Below are positions 59,747 to 64,000 of a DNA stretch of 64,000 nucleotides, one piece after another (position 1 is the stretch's first letter; every line of letters starts with the position of its first letter). The notes under the pieces are model-generated. The model was not told where the DNA came from, searched no databases, and saw only the letters and a program-made list of their open reading frames with translations. The DNA is taken from assembly GCA_947476325.1 (NCBI GenBank), contig CANJPZ010000001.1:202021-266020 (forward strand), given 5' to 3'. A program made the translations under genes and the position numbers. The stretch is from Caulobacteraceae bacterium. GTDB taxonomy: Bacteria > Pseudomonadota > Alphaproteobacteria > Caulobacterales > Caulobacteraceae.

Positions 59747-62431
59747 ATGAACGCGCCCACCCCGCCCTTGAGTCCTGACCCCGCCGAGGGCGCCAGCCCG
59801 GTGATGGCCCAGTTCTTTGACGCCAAGGCGCGCCAGCCCGATGCGCTGGTCTTCTTCCGCATGGGCGATTTCTACGAGCTGTTCTTCGACGACGCGGTCA
59901 AGGCCTCGGCGGCGCTCGGCATCACCCTGACCCAGCGCGGCAATCACGGGGGCGAGCCGATTCCCATGGCCGGGGTCCCGGCCCACGCCGCCGAAGCCTA
60001 CCTGGCCAAACTGATCCGCGCCGGGTTCAAGGTCGCCGTCTGCGAGCAGATGGAAGACCCGGCCGAGGCCCGCAAGCGCGGCTCCAAGTCCATCGTCCGG
60101 CGCGATATCGTCCGCGTCGTCACCCCCGGCACCCTGACCGAGGATGGTTTGCTGGATGCGCGCGGCGCCAATCGCCTGGCCGCCGTCGGCTGGCGGGCCG
60201 GGCAGGCGGCGGTGGCCAGCCTGGAGCTGTCCACCGGCGAGGTCGAGGCCATCAGCGTCAGCAAGGAGGGCCTGGCCGCCATCCTGGCCTCGCTGTCGCC
60301 CTCTGAAATCCTCGTGCCCGACCGCCTGTTCGCCGACGAGGCCCTGGCCGCGGCGCTGAAATCGGTGGGCGGCGTCATCCAGCCCATGGCCCAGGCCCTG
60401 GCCGAGCCCTCGGCCTCGGAGGCCCGCCTCAAGCGCCTCTACGGCGTCGGAACCCTTGACGGGTTCGGCGATTTTTCCGGCGCCGAAATCTCGGCTCTGG
60501 GCCTCATCGCCGCCCATCTGGAGGCGACGCAAGGCGGCCGCCTTCCGGCCCTGTCGGCGCCGAGGCGGGCCGGCGAGGCCGACGTCATGGCCATCGATCC
60601 GGCCACGCGCGCCTCGCTCGAGCTGGAGCGCAGCCAGTCGGGGGGGCGCGACGGTTCCCTGCTCGGCGCCATTGACCGCACGGTCACCTCGGCCGGCGCG
60701 AGGCTTCTGGCCGCGCGTCTGGCCCGGCCCCTGTTGTCCCCCGCCGCCATCAACGCCCGGCTCGACGCCGTCGAGTGGCTGGCCCAGCGCAGCGCCGTGC
60801 GGCGCGATCTGCGCAGCGCGCTGAAAGGCGCCGGCGACATGGCCCGGGCCCTGTCGCGTCTGGCGCTCGGCCGGGGCGGGCCGCGCGATCTGGGCGCCCT
60901 GAAGAGCGGCCTTGAGACCGGAAGCGCCATCGCGGCCGGGATGGCCCGCGTGGGCAAGCCCCTCGATGCGCCGCCCGCCGAACTGGCCCAGGCCCTCGCC
61001 GCCATCGATCCGGCGCTCTCGCCTGGCCTGTCGGACCTGCTGTCCGAGCTACAGTCAGGCCTGTCCGCCGACCTGCCGCTGCAGGCCCGCGACGGCGGCT
61101 TTGTCGCCGCCGGCGTGCGGTCCGAACTGGATCAGGCCCGCGCCTTGCGCGACGACAGCCGCCGGGTGATCGCCGCCCTGGAATCGCAACTGGTCGCCGA
61201 AACCGGCGTACCGCTGAAGATCAAACACAACGCCGTCCTCGGCTATTTCCTGGAAACCGGCGCCGCCCGCGCCGAGCCCCTGATGAAGCCGCCGCTCAAT
61301 GCGACCTTCATCCACCGCCAGACCCTGGCCAGCCAGGTGCGCTTCACCACCGTCGAGCTGGCCGATCTCGATGTGAAGATCGCCGCCGCCGCCGACCGGG
61401 CCCTGGCCATCGAGATCGAGACCTTCGAGGCCTGGCGGGCGATGGCGCAGGCCGCCGCCGCCGCGATCCAGGCCGCAGCCGAGGGTCTGGCCCGCCTCGA
61501 TGTCGCCGCCGGTCTGGCCGAATGGGCGGGCGAGGCGAACGCCGTTCGCCCCCTGCTCGACGAGTCCGCCTGTTTCGAGGCCGTCGCCGCCCGCCACCCG
61601 GTGGTCGAGGCCGCGGTTACCCGCAGCGGCGATCCCTTCACGCCCAACGACTGCCGCCTCGACGGATCGGGCAAGGCCTTCGCGCGGCTGGCCATCGTCA
61701 CCGGGCCGAACATGGCCGGCAAGTCGACCTTCCTGCGCCAGAACGCCATTCTGGCGGTGCTGGCCCAGGCGGGCAGTTTCGTGCCCGCCAGCTTCCTGCG
61801 CCTGGGTGTCGTCGACCGCCTGTTCAGCCGGGTGGGCGCGGCCGATGACCTCTCGCGCGGCCGCTCGACCTTCATGGCCGAGATGGTCGAGACCGCCGCC
61901 ATCCTGACCCAGGCCACGCCACGCAGCCTTGTCATCCTCGACGAGATCGGCCGGGGCACGGCAACCTATGACGGCCTGGCCATCGCCTGGGCCTGCGCCG
62001 AGGCCCTGCATGACGCCAATCGCTGCCGGGCCCTGTTCGCCACCCACTATCACGAGCTGGCCAAGCTTGAGACGAAACTGGCCCACGTCTGCAACCTGTC
62101 GCTCCGGGCGCGGGAGTGGAACGGAGACCTGATCTTCCTGCACGAAGCTGTGCCCGGCCCCGCCGACCGCTCCTACGGCGTCCAGGTCGCCAAGCTGGCC
62201 GGGGTGCCCCCCGCCGTGGTCGCCCGCGCCCGTCAGGTGCTCGAGCGTCTGGAATCCCAGGCCTCCAGTCCGGCCAGACTGGATGATCTACCCCTGTTCG
62301 CCGAGGCGGCTGAGGCCGCCGCAGTGTTTGAGGCCAGCCCCGTGGAGATCGCCTTGTCCGACCTTGATCTCGACGGCATGAGCCCCCGCGAGGCGCAGGA
62401 GGCGCTTTACCGGCTCAAGGGATTGCTTTGA
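59747..62431 (+). CDS. mutS: DNA mismatch repair protein MutS
   Basis: SPVMAQFFDAKARQPDALVFFRMGDFYELFFDDA, Walker A GPNMAGKSTF, and DEIGRGTATYDG. ATG 59747 is preferred because ATG 59666 would overlap the divergent thiE start. Confidence 0.95.
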   Translation: MNAPTPPLSPDPAEGASPVMAQFFDAKARQPDALVFFRMGDFYELFFDDAVKASAALGITLTQRGNHGGEPIPMAGVPAHAAEAYLAKLIRAGFKVAVCEQMEDPAEARKRGSKSIVRRDIVRVVTPGTLTEDGLLDARGANRLAAVGWRAGQAAVASLELSTGEVEAISVSKEGLAAILASLSPSEILVPDRLFADEALAAALKSVGGVIQPMAQALAEPSASEARLKRLYGVGTLDGFGDFSGAEISALGLIAAHLEATQGGRLPALSAPRRAGEADVMAIDPATRASLELERSQSGGRDGSLLGAIDRTVTSAGARLLAARLARPLLSPAAINARLDAVEWLAQRSAVRRDLRSALKGAGDMARALSRLALGRGGPRDLGALKSGLETGSAIAAGMARVGKPLDAPPAELAQALAAIDPALSPGLSDLLSELQSGLSADLPLQARDGGFVAAGVRSELDQARALRDDSRRVIAALESQLVAETGVPLKIKHNAVLGYFLETGAARAEPLMKPPLNATFIHRQTLASQVRFTTVELADLDVKIAAAADRALAIEIETFEAWRAMAQAAAAAIQAAAEGLARLDVAAGLAEWAGEANAVRPLLDESACFEAVAARHPVVEAAVTRSGDPFTPNDCRLDGSGKAFARLAIVTGPNMAGKSTFLRQNAILAVLAQAGSFVPASFLRLGVVDRLFSRVGAADDLSRGRSTFMAEMVETAAILTQATPRSLVILDEIGRGTATYDGLAIAWACAEALHDANRCRALFATHYHELAKLETKLAHVCNLSLRAREWNGDLIFLHEAVPGPADRSYGVQVAKLAGVPPAVVARARQVLERLESQASSPARLDDLPLFAEAAEAAAVFEASPVEIALSDLDLDGMSPREAQEALYRLKGLL

Positions 62432-62440
62432 GGGCGGGCG

Positions 62441-62833
62441 TTACTGTCCACCGCAGCTAAGGTCGCCTTCCTCGCAGTCGATTTGCGCCTGCAGTTCTGC
62501 GGTCCTGCGTTCAGTCTGGCCGGTCAGGCACATTGAATAGATCATTGGAAGAACCGAACCCCCTTCGTTCGACATGGTCTCGAAACGGCATTCGTCGTTC
62601 CGGTACTGCAGCCAGCTTCGTTCCGCTTTCTGGAGAGCTTGGCGCCCCTTGGGGCTTAGGCTTCGCGAGAGTCGATTGTAGACGGCATTCAGAGCCTTAT
62701 CGGCCTTCTGGAAGTCGTTGTTTGCGGCGTCGTTCATCTCCAGCTGCGTCTGTGCCGTTGCGCCGCCGGCCGACAGAACCAGGCTCGCCAGCACAAGTCT
62801 GGCCCATCCTTGTTTGCGTTTTTTGGTCCTCAT
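62441..62833 (-). CDS. DUF1311 / LprI-family (lysozyme inhibitor-like) secreted protein
   Basis: Signal peptide, then ...DFQKADKALNAVYNRL...AERSWLQYRNDEC... and C-terminal Cys pairs. Confidence 0.8.
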   Translation of the reverse strand: MRTKKRKQGWARLVLASLVLSAGGATAQTQLEMNDAANNDFQKADKALNAVYNRLSRSLSPKGRQALQKAERSWLQYRNDECRFETMSNEGGSVLPMIYSMCLTGQTERRTAELQAQIDCEEGDLSCGGQ

Positions 62834-62961
62834 CGCCGCTTGTCCTTCGCCTGTGCTTGAGCCTGGTTTCCGCCGCCCGGTCCTGTCAAGAACGGCAGAT
62901 CGCGGCTGGGGCGCCTCAAAGGCCTAAGACAACCGCCCGAAACCCCTATATCAAGCCCCGC

Positions 62962-64000
62962 ATGCCGCCTCGCCTGAAACCCACGCGCCTGGAATTCGTC
63001 GTCGACGGCGTCAAGCTGCGCTCGCAGCTCACCGCCGCGGCCCGCACCTTCGCCGGCGATGACCCGGCCCAGCGCAAACAGGCCATCGAGGTTCTGCGCC
63101 AGGCCCTGTTCCGCGGCCGGATGATCGCCAAGGAGCGGCTGGAAAACGGCGCCTCGGGCGTCGACACCGTCAGCCTGATCTCCGGCGTCACCGACGAGGT
63201 GATCCGCGCCCTCTACGATTTCACCACCGTCCATGTCTTTCGCGCCCGCAACCCCACCGAGGGTGAACGGATGTCCATTGTGGCGGTAGGCGGCTACGGC
63301 CGGGGCACGCTGGCCCCGTTCTCTGACATCGATCTGCTGTTCCTTCGCCCCTACAAGGAGACGCCCCACACCGAGAGCGTGATCGAATACATGCTCTATG
63401 CCCTGTGGGATCTGGGCTTCAAGGTCGGCCACGCCTCGCGCACGGTCAATGAGTGCATCAAGCTGTCGCAGGAAGACATGACCATCCGCACCTCGATCCT
63501 CGAGGCCAGGCGGCTGACCGGCGATGAGGACCTGTTCGACGATCTGGGGCGCCGCTTCAAGGCCGAGGTTGTGCGCGGCACCGGCGCGGCCTTCGTCGCC
63601 GCCAAGCTGGCCGAGCGGGACGAGCGCCACGCCCGGGCCGGCGCCAGCCGCTACCTGGTCGAGCCCAATGTGAAGGAGGGCAAGGGCGCCCTCCGCGACC
63701 TCAACACCCTGTTCTGGATCGCCCAGTACCTGAACCCCGACACGCCCGGCAGCCTGCTGATGCAGCTGGGCTTTCTCGACAACCGCGAGATCGTGCTCTT
63801 CAACCGCGCCTTCGACTTTTTGTGGGCCGTGCGCTGCCACCTGCATTTCACCACCGGCCGGCCGGAAGAGCGCCTGACCTTCGATCTCCAGCCCGAAATC
63901 GCGCGGCGCATGGGCTATGGCGACCGGGGCGATGCGCCCGCCGTCGAGCGGTTCATGAAGCGCTATTTCCTGGTGGCCAAGGAAGTCGGCGCCCTGACCC
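62962..64000 (+). CDS. glnD: [Protein-PII] uridylyltransferase GlnD (N-terminal part; continues beyond the window)
   Basis: My translation from ATG 62962: MPPRLKPTRLEFVVDG... with the nucleotidyltransferase block VAVGGYGRGTLAPFSDIDLLFL. The frame stays open to 64000. Confidence 0.92.
   Translation, partial: MPPRLKPTRLEFVVDGVKLRSQLTAAARTFAGDDPAQRKQAIEVLRQALFRGRMIAKERLENGASGVDTVSLISGVTDEVIRALYDFTTVHVFRARNPTEGERMSIVAVGGYGRGTLAPFSDIDLLFLRPYKETPHTESVIEYMLYALWDLGFKVGHASRTVNECIKLSQEDMTIRTSILEARRLTGDEDLFDDLGRRFKAEVVRGTGAAFVAAKLAERDERHARAGASRYLVEPNVKEGKGALRDLNTLFWIAQYLNPDTPGSLLMQLGFLDNREIVLFNRAFDFLWAVRCHLHFTTGRPEERLTFDLQPEIARRMGYGDRGDAPAVERFMKRYFLVAKEVGALT

Overview
High-GC alphaproteobacterial chromosome, probably Caulobacterales because ChpT, an RcdA-type DUF1465 protein and a TacA-like sigma-54 activator are all present. 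The window is densely packed core genome. I called about 70 CDS: ccmABCDG, acnA, recR, rmuC, def-fmt-truA, dapE, chpT-REC-cheR, ftsY-mtaB-dapF, oxyR, murI, dcp, ffh-rpsP-rimM, rcdA, dnaKJ, alkB, rpmE, efp, thiE, mutS and the 5' part of glnD. I found no rRNA, tRNA, CRISPR array, transposase, integrase, prophage or recognisable defence island, and I cannot point to a clear new multi-gene system. The best lead is regulatory. Two perfect matches to the alphaproteobacterial general-stress (EcfG/SigT-type) promoter GGAAC-N16/17-CGTT lie in intergenic DNA. One sits in a palindromic, possibly bidirectional arrangement between a DUF883 operon and an HWE hybrid kinase. The other lies upstream of a 42-codon transmembrane ORF that the supplied ORF track does not list. 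These sit beside an entericidin lipoprotein gene and a frameshifted, 5'-truncated HisKA_2 kinase relic about 1 kb downstream of the chpT-REC-cheR cluster. Secondary items are a Cys-less redoxin-like::2OG-Fe(II) oxygenase fusion, an MFS transporter with a ~120-aa periplasmic insert, a Spy/CpxP-like protein with RGG-rich tails splitting the ccm genes, REP/MITE-like repeats, and recurrent CTAG stop-stop overlaps. All product calls rest on motif recognition by eye, and no database search was run.
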